Shown here in pieces: positions 1 through 12,533 of a DNA stretch of 64,000 nt (position 1 is the first letter of the stretch; each line of letters starts with the position of its first letter). The translations under genes were made by a program, and so were the position numbers. The stretch covers positions 186,001 to 250,000 of the forward strand of contig JAPETS010000032.1 in the NCBI GenBank assembly GCA_026023565.1, written 5' to 3'. The notes beneath the pieces are model-generated. The model was not told the origin of the DNA. It saw only the letters and a program-made list of their open reading frames with translations, and ran no database searches. The stretch comes from Cirrosporium novae-zelandiae. Taxonomy: Eukaryota.

Positions 1-680
1 GAGTCCGATCGCCGAATTTATTTGTGAGAGATTCGTGTGATGTAATCGATAAAAGAGTTTAGGCGTGATGGAAATATATTAGATGAACAGAGAGTACCTG
101 ATGAAGTGGCGGGTTGATATTGTCACCTTCGAAGTGAAATGTAGGGGGGGGGGAAGGGACTTTACATTTATGAACCACTCTACTACGGTCAGTCATCTGC
201 TAATCTGGCTTACCTTGGAATAAAGTTGAATGCAATATATCTAGAGTTGATGATGCTGCAAGTGTTAAATAGAGAACCGTTAAATAGAGAACCGTCAAAA
301 TATAGTTCCCACTCAGTATAAGCGTAGTAGCTTTATTATTAGATCCTAAGATCACTTTTCTGAGTTTATTTTTTGGGGTCTGGTCGCTTTTGTTCTTATT
401 TATCAAAAGTAGATTATCATTCTCAGTGAATGGTCACTCTGGGCAAAAGATGATTCAGTACTGGAGAATGATACAGTGATTTCCTGTTGGCTTCTGCCTA
501 CTCTAGTCATGGTGAACCGCATCGCAAATGAGGTTCAACAGTAGGACAACCAGGAACCTTTAAAAACAAACCTGTTCACTAAGCAACAGCCTTCAGCTAT
601 CTCATCAAAATCAACATCAAGACTACCACCGTCATTCTTCGCCATAATATGGCCAAACAATTTCTATTCTCAAACTGACA

Positions 681-1201
681 ATGTCGAAACAACCAACCCT
701 AACTATGCCTCCAGAAAGCTTTATTAATTCCCCCTTGATTCAACCCCCCGCAGGGAGTAAACTCTCCAAACCTTCGAGCCGAGTGTCCAACGTCATCCGA
801 CACCTTCAACTTCGAAAGGCCGGGAACGACCTTATGGGCCAGCTGTGGATCGTCTTTCAGCTCCTCCCTGGCGATTTTGAACAACTGATAGCACTTATTA
901 AGGCTAATGAGCCATTGTGGGGCTTCTTAGAGGATAAAAGATGGTATGAATATTCTGTAACTTTTTGTATCCGCGTATGCTGAGCTTTGCTTACTTCACT
1001 ATTGTAATTAGATACGATTACTTTTCAAGCAGCGATCGCTTCGTCATTCGGATGCGTTCGAATACATATGAGTACTTCTTAGCTATGCTTGTTCCCGAAA
1101 TCCACAATCAGTTGGGGAAAATTGCAGCTCGGACGGGCGAGGCAGCGGAGTTTGCAAGGCACAACGCCAAATACTCAGTAGCTTTGATGGATTATTATTA
1201 A
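681..1201 (+). pseudogene. Truncated pseudogene of a fungal multi-copy family with an LWGF.EDK.RYDY...VIRM motif, possibly PD-(D/E)xK nuclease-like in full-length members
   Basis: Exon 1 681-943 and exon 2 from 1012 are joined by an intron 944-1011 (GTATGA...GCTTAC...TTAG). Splicing creates an in-frame TG|A stop where the motif expects Arg. The frame then runs into AT-rich intergenic DNA and ends at 1201. Family assignment is from motif memory. Confidence 0.6.
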
Positions 1202-3923
1202 ATAACGATACCATACATACTGTTAAGGCATGCTAAGTCTCGGCAAAAAGCGCCTAAGCGTACTATAGCACGCTTAACACACGCGCGCGCGGCAACAATC
1301 TTTTTTTTATATGTAAAGGAAGAAACAAACGCTGACTGCCTTGATTGTTAATTTATTTATTTAGAATTGGTGTTCGATGTTTTCATATCTATATAAAAGA
1401 GATTTTTTGGGGGGGGGGGTTGTGATGATGTGAGTTGGTGGGAGGTGTGAGAAGGTGTGAGAGAAGATTAGGAGTGGGAGTAGGTGGATGGATTGAGTGA
1501 GGTATATGGTGGTGTATATATATAAAGTAGTGTATCATAGGTTTCTAATTCAATTGGTAGTAAAATAGTGAATAAAAGTAGTAGTAAGAGGAAAGGTAAA
1601 GTAAAAAGCCTCTTTTTTTTGATATTGAGGATCCTTTGGCTTGAGTTATCAATCAGAACACGTTAGGGTAGCTGGATAGATCAATACGTACATGTACATA
1701 CGTACGTACGTGTGTGCTAGAGAGACTTACGCATGACTCCCGCCCCTCTCTCCTCCACGTTCTTATCCCCGCTATCTCCTTGTTCGTTCTTTCATCTTTC
1801 ACCCCACTGACTCACCGACTCACTCACTCACGTATAATCTCCGCTACCTCCCCCTCAAACCGAGTTTCATACCCACCACGACAATCATCAGTAATGTCGC
1901 ACCAAGCAAAACTTCCTACACCCTCCTTTACCTCACATACCTACCCCAGTATATCGATCCCAGATCCTAGAAACTCTCAAAACTTGAATTCCCATTTCAT
2001 GTTTTTGTTTAGGTTGTGGTCCTGTGCTATATAATAATGCGTATACAGTAACTTCTGGGGAGGAGGATATATGATTGGTGACGGTGGATTGTTTGCAGAA
2101 CGCACGTCTGCAAGAAGTAAGAAGAGGTAGGAGGAGTCTTCATTGCAAACACATTACTATGTATGACTCAAGACTCAACCGTACTTTCTCGACTTAGTGG
2201 CGTCAGCGCTAAGACCAATATCCTAAGTTCAGAACACACTCTCGCATAAAAAAAAAAGGGAGGGGGGATCGGAGAAAAAAAAAGAGAGGAATCGGCATAA
2301 GGGTCTTGTGACTAGTTAAAACGCAAAACAAAAATAAAAATAAAAGGGCAGTCTACCCCGCCTCTCCAGTCCAAGCAAGAGCCGCGTAAAACGGACCATG
2401 ATGCGCCTGCGCCAAAGCTCAAAGGATATAATTGTTAGGGTCGTTCCAGCACCCCAGCCGCCATCAGGCTAATCAAGTAAGTAGGGGTCCAAAGGCTAGA
2501 TCGAACGCACCCGAAAGCTAAAAGATGAAAGTTTATCATGCATGGAGGTTCGAAGGAAAAAAGAAAGATCGTCGAAGCATGCTTTTAGAGAGTTTTCTTT
2601 GGGGGGAGGGGGGTTTTCTTAGCGGGGGGATTAGGTGATCTATAAAAAGGATGGGAGGATACTGGATGATTGTTTGGGTTTGTCCTAAGGGGGGGGGGTT
2701 GGGTTCCTGTGGAAAACTGGTATCATGTGTCTGTTCGCATGCTGCATAAGTTATGCAGCATAAGGGGTTCGTTCAATGGTGTGTGGCTTTAAGTGTCAAC
2801 CTGTTCCAGATATCCGCTCGGATAATAAAAAATGGGAGGTGGAACCTCCTCGTGACAGGCCTTGTGCGGGCAACAAACTTAAGATTCTCGATAGGAGTAT
2901 TATAATTAATCTCAATAAGACTTGGGTGGAACAAAAACACGCAAACGTACTGAACGGATTTATTTGCAATACAATTTTATATTTTCATTCTCAAGACGTT
3001 TCCACATAAAGCAAAGAAGCCTACCAAGCAGCCAACCAGTGTGCTGAGCTCAATTTGACACTTCCTCACTCCCTCCCTAGCCAATACCCCCCCCCCCAAA
3101 ACAACAACAAAAGGAATAACTGAAAAGAGGAGAAACGAAAAAGAGAAAAAAAAAACCATAATCAATCTGTAAATCTGTCACTCTGTGCTCAATAAGAAAA
3201 TAGGTTGAAAAATTATTAGTAGGTTTAAATAATACGCGGCAGTTTAGTCTAGCCACATCAATATAATAAGTCAGTTTAAATGAAGACCAGCCACCTGCCC
3301 ATTTCGTAACAAATAAATGCCCATCTCTGTCCCGGACAGGTGGATATATCAAAAGATCAAAACAAAGAAAATGGGCCATTCTCAAGGACAACGGAATTAA
3401 GGTAGTAAATAGAAGAACCCTACAATACCGTTCAAAAAAGAATAAAAAAAAGACTTCTTGAGGTTTGAAATCAAAATAATAAAAAGAGGCTTGACATGAC
3501 GAAAAAAAAAACAGTGATCGACGCCCCTCCTGATATAATACGTCCACACGCAAAAGCACGCCTTCGTTGATGAATTATTCCCATCCAAGTTCCTGCCTGT
3601 TGTGCCTCTGCCTTTACCTTGCCTACCAAGCAAATGCCTCCCTCTGACCTGTCATTTCTTATATACGTTCTACGTTAAGCTCTCCACCAATAAACGCCTT
3701 GCTAGTCCATCCAATTTGAGCATCACCAATCTGAGGAGAGTGATAAAGAACGAGGGAGGGAGTGGGTATAAATGATTTTGATGTTTGTGGAGTTGGAGGT
3801 GAGTCGATGATCTGATTCGGATATTGCTGTATAGGTTTTCGCGCATCCATAGAATTCAAGACCATGGAGACCCTTTCAGCATTGCTGCCGAGTTGTCGAC
3901 ATGTCGCCTCGGAGTGCAGCTTC

Positions 3924-5872
3924 CTAGAGCTGCTGACCCTGCGGATTTGATAACGCACTGGGGTCGATCGTTCCATATGGCGCCATTGGATACATATCGG
4001 TCTCACCCGAAAAAGAATCGGGCTGTTGTTCTTGAGACATTCCAAAAGTAGGATCGTTGTACTCGGGCGATGGCATTTGAGATCCCAGATTCTGCTTGGC
4101 ATACATTTCGCTTAGCATGAATCCATCATCAGAAAGTCCGGACTGATCACTTGGTAGGGCAAAAATATCCGATGGATCATTGCCCTGCAAAGTTGACATC
4201 GGCGGAGAGTGATCAGCTATGATAGGATCTCCATTGCTCAAAACAGAGATGGGCGAGATAGATTGTGGAATCATTCCAGAATTTGTGTCCATCATCGGTG
4301 ATAAGAAAGGAATGTTATACGGCGAATTCATGTTTTGTCCCTGACTAGGGTCAGATGTTGGTGGCGCACTGAAGAATGACGGGCTAGCATAGTCTGATGG
4401 GGAATTGGTGGTAGCTGCTGATAGCGGGTAAGCCCTCGAATCCATGGCAAAGTTGGAAGAAGTAGTGTCTATTCGAAGATTGTTTGGTCCAAACGAGTTC
4501 ATATTGGGTGCTTGGGGTATGGGAGCGAAAATATTGGGTTCCGGCATCATCTGTGTTGATGGTTGTTGTATATGTAAAATTGGCATAGGACCTTGCATCA
4601 TCGAGAAGTCTACTGCAGCAGGCACCGACTTGCTCCGAGTCCTCTTGTGCCCTCGAGGCGGTCCTAGCATTGTACCAAAGTTATCTTGATACATGCCAAG
4701 ATTGGGATGGTAGTAATTCGGCTGAGAGGCAGGTCTCTGCGGAGAAACTGGGGTCTGAGGAGGTAAGGCGTTAACATCAAAGGTGTTGTGTCGATTCTTG
4801 TATGATTCTAAAGCAGTGAGCTTTTCTAGCTGAGCACTGAGTACTTTTGGAGGTCCACCCAGATGGTGTACCATTATTTGGGACGCTTGTTGGTCGGCTG
4901 TGAAATCCATACATTGGAAGAAACCTCCGTTTCCAGCGGCGTCCATGAAGAAATTCGGGGGTCTAAGCAATTCGATGACGAGGCCGGCGGGTCGAGAAGG
5001 AGAACCGTCTGGCTTGGGTTCGACGTCACCGACATCTAAGGTAATGTTCTTGATGTATGCAAAAGGATATTCGATTTTGTAGCCAGCGCCGTCGTTATTG
5101 ATATAGTAAGTGACGGAGTTGGTTTTGGCGGGTGAATAAAAGATGACAAGATCCATAGTATTTTGCGCAATTCTTCGCCATGTTCCAATGGTCAAAGATC
5201 GACAATTGAGATGGTATATGACTGCACGAAGTAAGAATACTGCAACCGACAGTAATAAGATATTTAGTACGCGGACATACCTTGTTTCGGGTTTTGAGGT
5301 TCGGCAGCTACCATGCTACCATTTCCATAACCCATTGGGCCTCCAGCATGACCAAAGAGTCCTCCGGCTAATGGCTGTCCCTGTTCCAATGCTTGCAAAG
5401 CGAGATGTCGTCGCATTGCTTCAGGAATACCTTCCAGGTCTTCGCCAGTCTCCAGACTCCTCTTGGCCATCAACTTGATCTTGGCGCGTCGGCGGCTAAA
5501 GTAGACAAAAAATATTAGAATATCAACCACAGAATATCCATAAGGGTGGACTACAAACCTATTCTGAAACCATATTTGAACAGATCGTTCTGTCATATTG
5601 ATCTCTTGAGCTATCCGTTCTCGAACGGCAGCAGTGGGCGTGGGATTTTTGGCGAACTCAGTTTCCAATATCACCAATTGCTCCTGCGTCGCACGCTGAC
5701 GTTTTTGATTTTTTTGCTGTTGAGTTAAGGTGCTTTTGCGAGGAGGTCTTCGCGATACAGGTGGTGTGGTATGAGGTGTCGAATTGGCGGATGTTGTGTT
5801 GGGTGATATAGTATTGGGTGATGTTGAGGTGGCCGTGATAGATGCAGATGGTGATGGTGTTGAGGAAGCCAT
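3924..5872 (-). CDS. Homeobox transcription factor, Pho2/Phx1/RfeB-like
   Basis: Homeodomain [48 protein letters not shown], plus the fungal block [12 protein letters not shown]...[16 protein letters not shown] and the motif [11 protein letters not shown]. Exons 5872-5559, 5495-5281, 5221-3924; introns 5558-5496 and 5280-5222 (GT-AG). Confidence 0.92.
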
Positions 5873-8800
5873 GTTGCAAGTGACTGCAGTATCCCGCGCA
5901 GCGACGGAGATGTCGTTAAATTGAAATCGTATAACTTTCGTGCTGTCTCGGAACCAGTCGAGCAGAGCAATAAACAAAGGAGTGTGTGATTTTGTAGTAG
6001 TAGGTCGTCTCGAACGCCTCCAACGTTAGGAGTAGAAGGGTCGGATCTCAAAGGAGTGGATGACGGCTCCGAGGTGAATAGTAAGATGGCTCGGATCGTC
6101 GATTATCCTTAGTTGGATAGTTTGTGGGTCGTACTTTGGGGTCGAAGCGTTTCTACTTCGTGCTTGTTGAAATGAACGTTATATTTGGGGCCGTCGGGGC
6201 GAAGGGGTTTTTTTGTTGAGGAATAACCGTAGATGAATATTGAGAAAATAAAAAAAAAGACGTGAATGTAAAGTGATAGTTGATTTGAAGGAGTGACAGG
6301 ATCCTGAAAGGAATGGCAGGATACCAATTTGTTAGAGTTGATAGAAAAGAAAGTAAAAAGAACAAGGAGAGACAGATTTGACAATATGATGATGATGATG
6401 ATAATTGAAGATGGTGGGAGTCTGGGTTGGAGGGAGGGAGTGACTAGACTTGACCACCGTGGGAGGGAGGGAGGGGGGGGGGTTCTGGCACCGACCGATA
6501 TTCAGGCGAGAAGAACGGCGAGAAAAAGTTGTGTTGGTTTCCTCTGACCAGCGACGGTACTTAGACCTAGTTTGGTAGAGTAAGCCCAGTTGGCCAGTGG
6601 GGGAGTTATTTCAGAGGGAGCCAGTGGGAGCAGTAATAGGGCCAGTAGGGACTAGTAGGGATAATTAGCGAATCCATACAGAAGCGATGAAAGTCTTCTT
6701 AGTTCTAGGTCACTAAGACCACCAAGGTTAACTAATTCCAATTCAGGTTTAGAGTGATTACTTAATTAAGGCTATACCACGGCTACTTAAGTACTTCATA
6801 AGGCTAACCGGATATATAATAGTCTGGTAACAACATCACAGTCGAAAGGGGGTTTGACACCCTAGGCACTCCGGACACTCTAGGCACTCTAAACACCCTA
6901 AAATTCACCTAAAATTTACTTAATTGAGGCTAGGATTTTCAAAGTTCCCTAAACCACCTGGGCCCCCCCCTCCTTCTCATGTATCATCCATCCATCTATA
7001 ACCTGGAAACTGTGAGACTCTGGCTGCAATAATAAAAAGCCAACTAAATTTCTATCTATATAATCCACAATTATACGCCGCCTCATACAAATCCTACTCG
7101 TCTCTTCAACCCCCCCCCCCCCTTTAGAATAAGTAATTAAATTCGGAAGAGGCGTTTTACATTATCGCGAATATTCTTATTGCATATTGTAACCCAGAAA
7201 ACACTTTGACTTATTATGGAATTTATGACACAGCGATACACCTCGACACAAAAAAAAGGCTCTCATTCTCTGATGGACCAATGGAACCTTATGGCTTACT
7301 AGGAAAACCCTGCTCATGTCCCAACCGTCCTCAGTCCTGAGTCCTGAACTTGAGTGAGAAACTTCAAGATCGACAACAGTCCGCGCTTAAGCTGGCGTCC
7401 ATGGTACAACCACGAGTCGGCAACACCATCCGTATCACGACATTTCAAGCTATTCGCTGACAGTCTGACCATTCCTGATTCCGCCCTAAGACTCTTCTAC
7501 CCTGTTAAGGCAGACTTTGCCAGCCATCACCCACACGCTATCTTTAACCCAACCACTTGGTGAGGGGGTCTCATGCAAGGTCTTCCTGTTGAAGTCGATG
7601 GGGGTACATTTGTACTGTAGTCTTTCCTGCACACTGTATTCAAGGATATATCCATCCTTTTGGTTTTATTACATCCATGATATACACTGTAGATGCCGAC
7701 CAGATGCATTGATAGCCTTAGTTTACTCTAGAGGCGACACAACGAGTATGGCATTTGCTGCAAAGCACCGACATCTCTTGATGAAGTAAATCTAGATCTG
7801 AGAGGCAGTCGATCCTATCTAAAGAGCTCTAGTTCATCGCAGTGAGCACAAAAAAGACGGACGTGGCCGCGGTTGGAAACCACAAAGTAACACCTCGGTG
7901 TAGGTCCTGTCTCCAAACTTAACATTTGTTAGTGACGGTAGGAAAAGAAGACTGGGCGCAACCAAAGAACACACCAACTCCCTCTCTAGGAACCCCCCAA
8001 GAACAACCCAAAAGGATCAACAAGCACACCACAACTTTCTCCTTTTTTGAACCCACGGCCACCCTCTTGCTCTCCCCACCTTTAAACTTTCGTATTCCCA
8101 GCATTGGGATTCGTTTATTCTTCTTTGATTCATCCCATCCTCCTCCAACAGATCACAGGTTGGTAGCCAACAGACGAGCCCAGTACGCGCCCAATATTTG
8201 CCATGTTTCCAAGGATCCATAAAAAGTATTCCGGAATTTCGATCAATCGTCATGCGAGGTCAGTTGCCGAGGAAAATAGTTCGGGGCGGGTACCTGAGCA
8301 AGTGAGGAATTGTAGGGCCAATTAGGTTTTGGTAAAAGATGCCTCTGTTGGTGCATGTTGGTCCTTGTTTGACTCCAAGTTGGTCCCTGTTGGTCCCTGT
8401 TCCTGAGTTAAACCTATTTGGGACAAGTATCCTCTGACTAGCTCACTAACTTTGCCCGATAAGCCGAGGGACCGACGATGGGGACCATTAACGACCAAAG
8501 GGACATTTTCTGCAACCTTCCGTAGGCTGCAATGGAAGAAGTTGCATGAAACCCCAAGGCAAAAAAAGACCAATACACACCAATAGGAAGTTACTCATAA
8601 AATGTCCCCATGACCCCTGTTAACTTGTACTTAGTAAACAAACAGGCACGCATCCGCCTCCTCTTTAGCCCTCTTACAGTCTGACTCTTCAAGCCCGACA
8701 CTCGCAAAACAAGGATAAACCACATAAACCACACAAAATAGCACAAATCAAATAATACTATCCATCCACATAATCCTTCGGAAGGGAAAGGAAAGGAAAG

Positions 8801-11800
8801 GAGGCTGTACCAAACAAAAAGCTTTTGCGCTTTGTTGCAGTCTCCATGATTCCCGCCCGCTTTTCTTGACTTCTATCTTAGTCCATCTGCATATCTCTTT
8901 ATCAATCAGCTCTACTCGACACAGTACTTCCCAAAACCCCTATGAGGCTATTACCTATCCCAGGCAAGCCTCACAAAATCCCAGTGAGAGATGTTCGTAT
9001 GTACCGCTGGTACGCGTACTTTGTCATACCAGTAGCTGAATATGTACTGACAATGCGGGTTCGAACAGATGACATGACCTCCAACCCCCATGATTAGTTA
9101 CAACTGACGGCTGTAATGGCTCATCCCATTCGTACGTATCCTCCCCGTACACGCTATCCCTAAGAGATCACAGACCCGCGCAAGGATCTTCATAATTCGC
9201 ACACCTTCCCCAGGCATCATAATATATTAACAATATATTAAACATAAAATACTAAACATACCTAATTACCAACAACGGCCCCTTCGGGACATTGCCTAGG
9301 GTTCAACGGGCCCGCTGGTCAAAGCTGCTGAAGAAAAAAAAGAATCCATCTTGCAGCACCTTAAATATATTAGTTACTGTGACTTTGGTGAGAGCCCCTC
9401 AAAGCCTCAAGGGGCCGTTGAGAGAAAACCTGATGATTGTTTGATGTACATCTTGGCGAGGCTTGGCCTTTTGGAGAAGCATTAAGTGGATTTTGTTTAA
9501 CTAGTTAACTGATAGAGCTCTTTTCATTTGCTTATAATTTCATCTTCTTCATCGAATTCCAGGTCCAACTAATTAGGCGCAGAAGAGACAGTTCGATGCC
9601 ATCTCACTCCATGTGGTTTACTGTTTCAGAGAATCGAACCCACATAGCCTAACCCTTCATTATCATAAGCGTTCCCAGGAAGGAGGATCCCTCTCGACAT
9701 ACATTCTCTAGCTTTCAGCCTCATTAAAAGCGGGTTCCAGCGCTGGGAACTCCCGATTCTGATCGATTGCGGTGAATTCTTTATTTACATAACGCAAACT
9801 TCATCCATTCCAGTTTCAGACCCAGCCACGAGACATTAGAGAATTGCCCCTAGGATAACTACCTGTAACTGTACAACTCTAACAAGAATTACCAAGCATA
9901 CTAGAAAAGATATCTCTGATCCTCCCATCAACCAAGACTCACTGCTCAAGCAAGATGCCCGATTGAGGGAGGGCATGGCGTTGATATCCAAGCTACCGGT
10001 TTTCTTATTCCAGACTGACTGACATACCGATTGATCCCTAAGCCTGCCTAAAAGCTCCAGCTGCCGTACTGCCAATGCCCTGCCTTGTCTGACACCTCCA
10101 CAGAATTCAATTCCAACTCTATGCAGCTGCTTCACGCGACAATGGCTGTAGAGGATATCGTTTCCGTGGGTCCTGGCATATATGCAAACACATACATGCA
10201 TACTCGCATAAGACAACTCCCCGGTTGCAGCCTAGAACACAGGACACATTTCTCTCCCTTTCTGCAAATGTCGTGGCCAAGTCAACTAAGTCAAACCACT
10301 CCACCCATTAACAACAAGCACTCTTGGAAACCAAAAAAAAAAACACATCAAATCCAACTTTACCTCCTATAGCTACTTCATCCAATCCACCCCTCTCTCT
10401 CAACTTTCCCCCCCTTAAGTCTTTCCCCTGCCTAGTAAAGCAAGTACCCACTATAAAGCAAGCAAGTAAGTAAACCAGCTTAGCTAGCTAGCAGCAAAAA
10501 AAAACCAAGTCCTTTTATCTCTTTACCGACATAGAGGATAAAAGAGATAAGAGAGATGAGATGAAATATATTATATATTAATTAAATCTCTTTTTTTCTT
10601 GCATAGGGAAAGGCTGACGAGAAGCTAAGCGAGGCTAAAAAAGTTCGGCGGCGGACAAGTTCAATGAATGAATGATCAAATGAATGATTTGATTGATGAA
10701 AATGTTCATTCATCCATCATCAATCACTATTATACCTATCCTTCTTCGAATCTTCGAATCTTTCTAAATTTTTCCTATTTTAGTTAATTAGAGTCTTTTG
10801 ATTGGTACTGGAATAAATTTATCTACTTTTTTCTTTTCTTTTCTTTTTTTCCTCTTTTTTTGTTGAGGGAGGGAAGAGGGAGGAGAGAGATAGGATAGGA
10901 CCAGTTAACCCAATTTTACCCCCTCCGTCCTCCACCCTCCGTCCTCCCCTATAAAGATAAAAAAGATAACTGAGAAATCGCAGTTCCCAAGAAAAAATAA
11001 AAATAATATAAAAAAGAAACCCCACCAACCTAAGCTATTTAACTAGCTAACTGGGTAGTTAACTAACTAAGCCCTTCCCAAATCTCCGGTTTCTCCTCAA
11101 ATCTCTCAAGATTTAGATTATGTGTGGGTGTTTAGTAAATAAGTCCCACCACTTCAAGTTATATAGATATATAATTATGGATAACTAAAAAAAACCTCTT
11201 AAGGAAGATCCCCTTTTTTTTTTTAGTTTGGTTGGTTATCGAGTGGAGGAGAAGAAACAGGTTAACAAGAATAATCAATCTTACGTGGTCTTTAATTCCA
11301 ATTTCATCTATCTATCAATCTCTTCCTTTCCTTTCTTTCTTTCTTCCATTCCATTTCCTCTTTCCTTCTCTTGGTTCACAAATACTATATATCCATCCCA
11401 ACGCTTCATCCTTTCATCCTTTCATCCTTCACCTCAGATCTTAGATCTCTGTTTAGAACAAACACAAAAAAAATTCGGACCCCTCCCTCTAGATCTAATC
11501 TCCATCTCATCTCAGAAGGGGGTAGTGAGGGAGGGGGTTCTATATAAGGGCACATTTTCCTCGGCCGATGCGTGCGTCCCTCTCTCTCCCCCTTCTCTTC
11601 CCAATTTATAGGGTTGGCTTATTTGCCGTCTGTCCTAATTAGGCCATATCCATCCATATCCATCCATCTCTATCTCTTCTCTATCTCTTCTTCCCTCAGT
11701 GTGAAGTTCTAAAAACTGATCTATTCGGTCAGTTAGCTTCATTATTTACTAAATGTATATAGCATATAAAATGCTAACCGTGGTTTGTTTGTCTGTCTGT

Positions 11801-12470
11801 CTGTCTATCTATCTAGTCCAACCTGTCCTTATTAGCCTTTTCTACCTAGCAGAGGTTAGCTAGGCTATACAGAAGAAGAAGAACAAGGGTATAGAATCAG
11901 TGACTAAATAAATGACCTCCTCACCCCCCTCCCCCCAAATTTACGAGACAAAACAAGACAAATAAAAACAAAAACAAAAATTCAATTAATTCCAGAATAA
12001 AAAAACCACAACCACCCTCCTTTCAACCTTTCAAATAAAAATTTCCTGCTATCACACTCTACAAGTAATGTTGGGATATATGCCTTATGCCCCCTCCCCT
12101 CCTTCTCTACCAAGCATCGCTAACGCGTACTGTGCTATAAGCACCGTTTTAATATAATATTAAAGGAGAGGGATGGGATGGAGGGATGGAATGGCTTGCT
12201 TGCTTGCTAAGGTATGTAGGGTAGGTAGGTAAGTGGGTTCGAACTTCTTGTCTTGTATTATTAGATAATTATTCCTCTATTTACAACAAACCTTGCCTGT
12301 CTGCTTGCTTGCTTTAGGCGCTGCTTGCCCTTGCCCTTGCCTTGCCCTTAATTACTAATTGGGGGCCCCTGTTATATTTGTATCCCTTCTTTCCTTCCTT
12401 CTCCTTTATATATTTCGGATGTGGATATGCAAAAGATTCAAAGCATCGTTAGATTATCTAATTGCTTTGT

Positions 12471-12472
<2 letters not shown>

Positions 12473-12502
<30 letters not shown>

Positions 12503-12533
12503 TATCCCTATTATAATAATAATAATAATAATA
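12473..12533. repeat. Adjacent (TATG)n and (AAT)n microsatellites
   Basis: Read directly from the sequence. Confidence 0.9.

Noticed and set aside
9431..9512. TGATGA...CTGA pair (C/D snoRNA) or CTGATGA hammerhead core
   Set aside because: No rRNA-complementary guide recognised and no GAAA or stem arrangement for a hammerhead.
9630..9646. Minus-strand GGTTCGATTC resembling a tRNA T-loop or Pol III B-box
   Set aside because: No complete T-stem, acceptor stem or D-arm can be formed around it.
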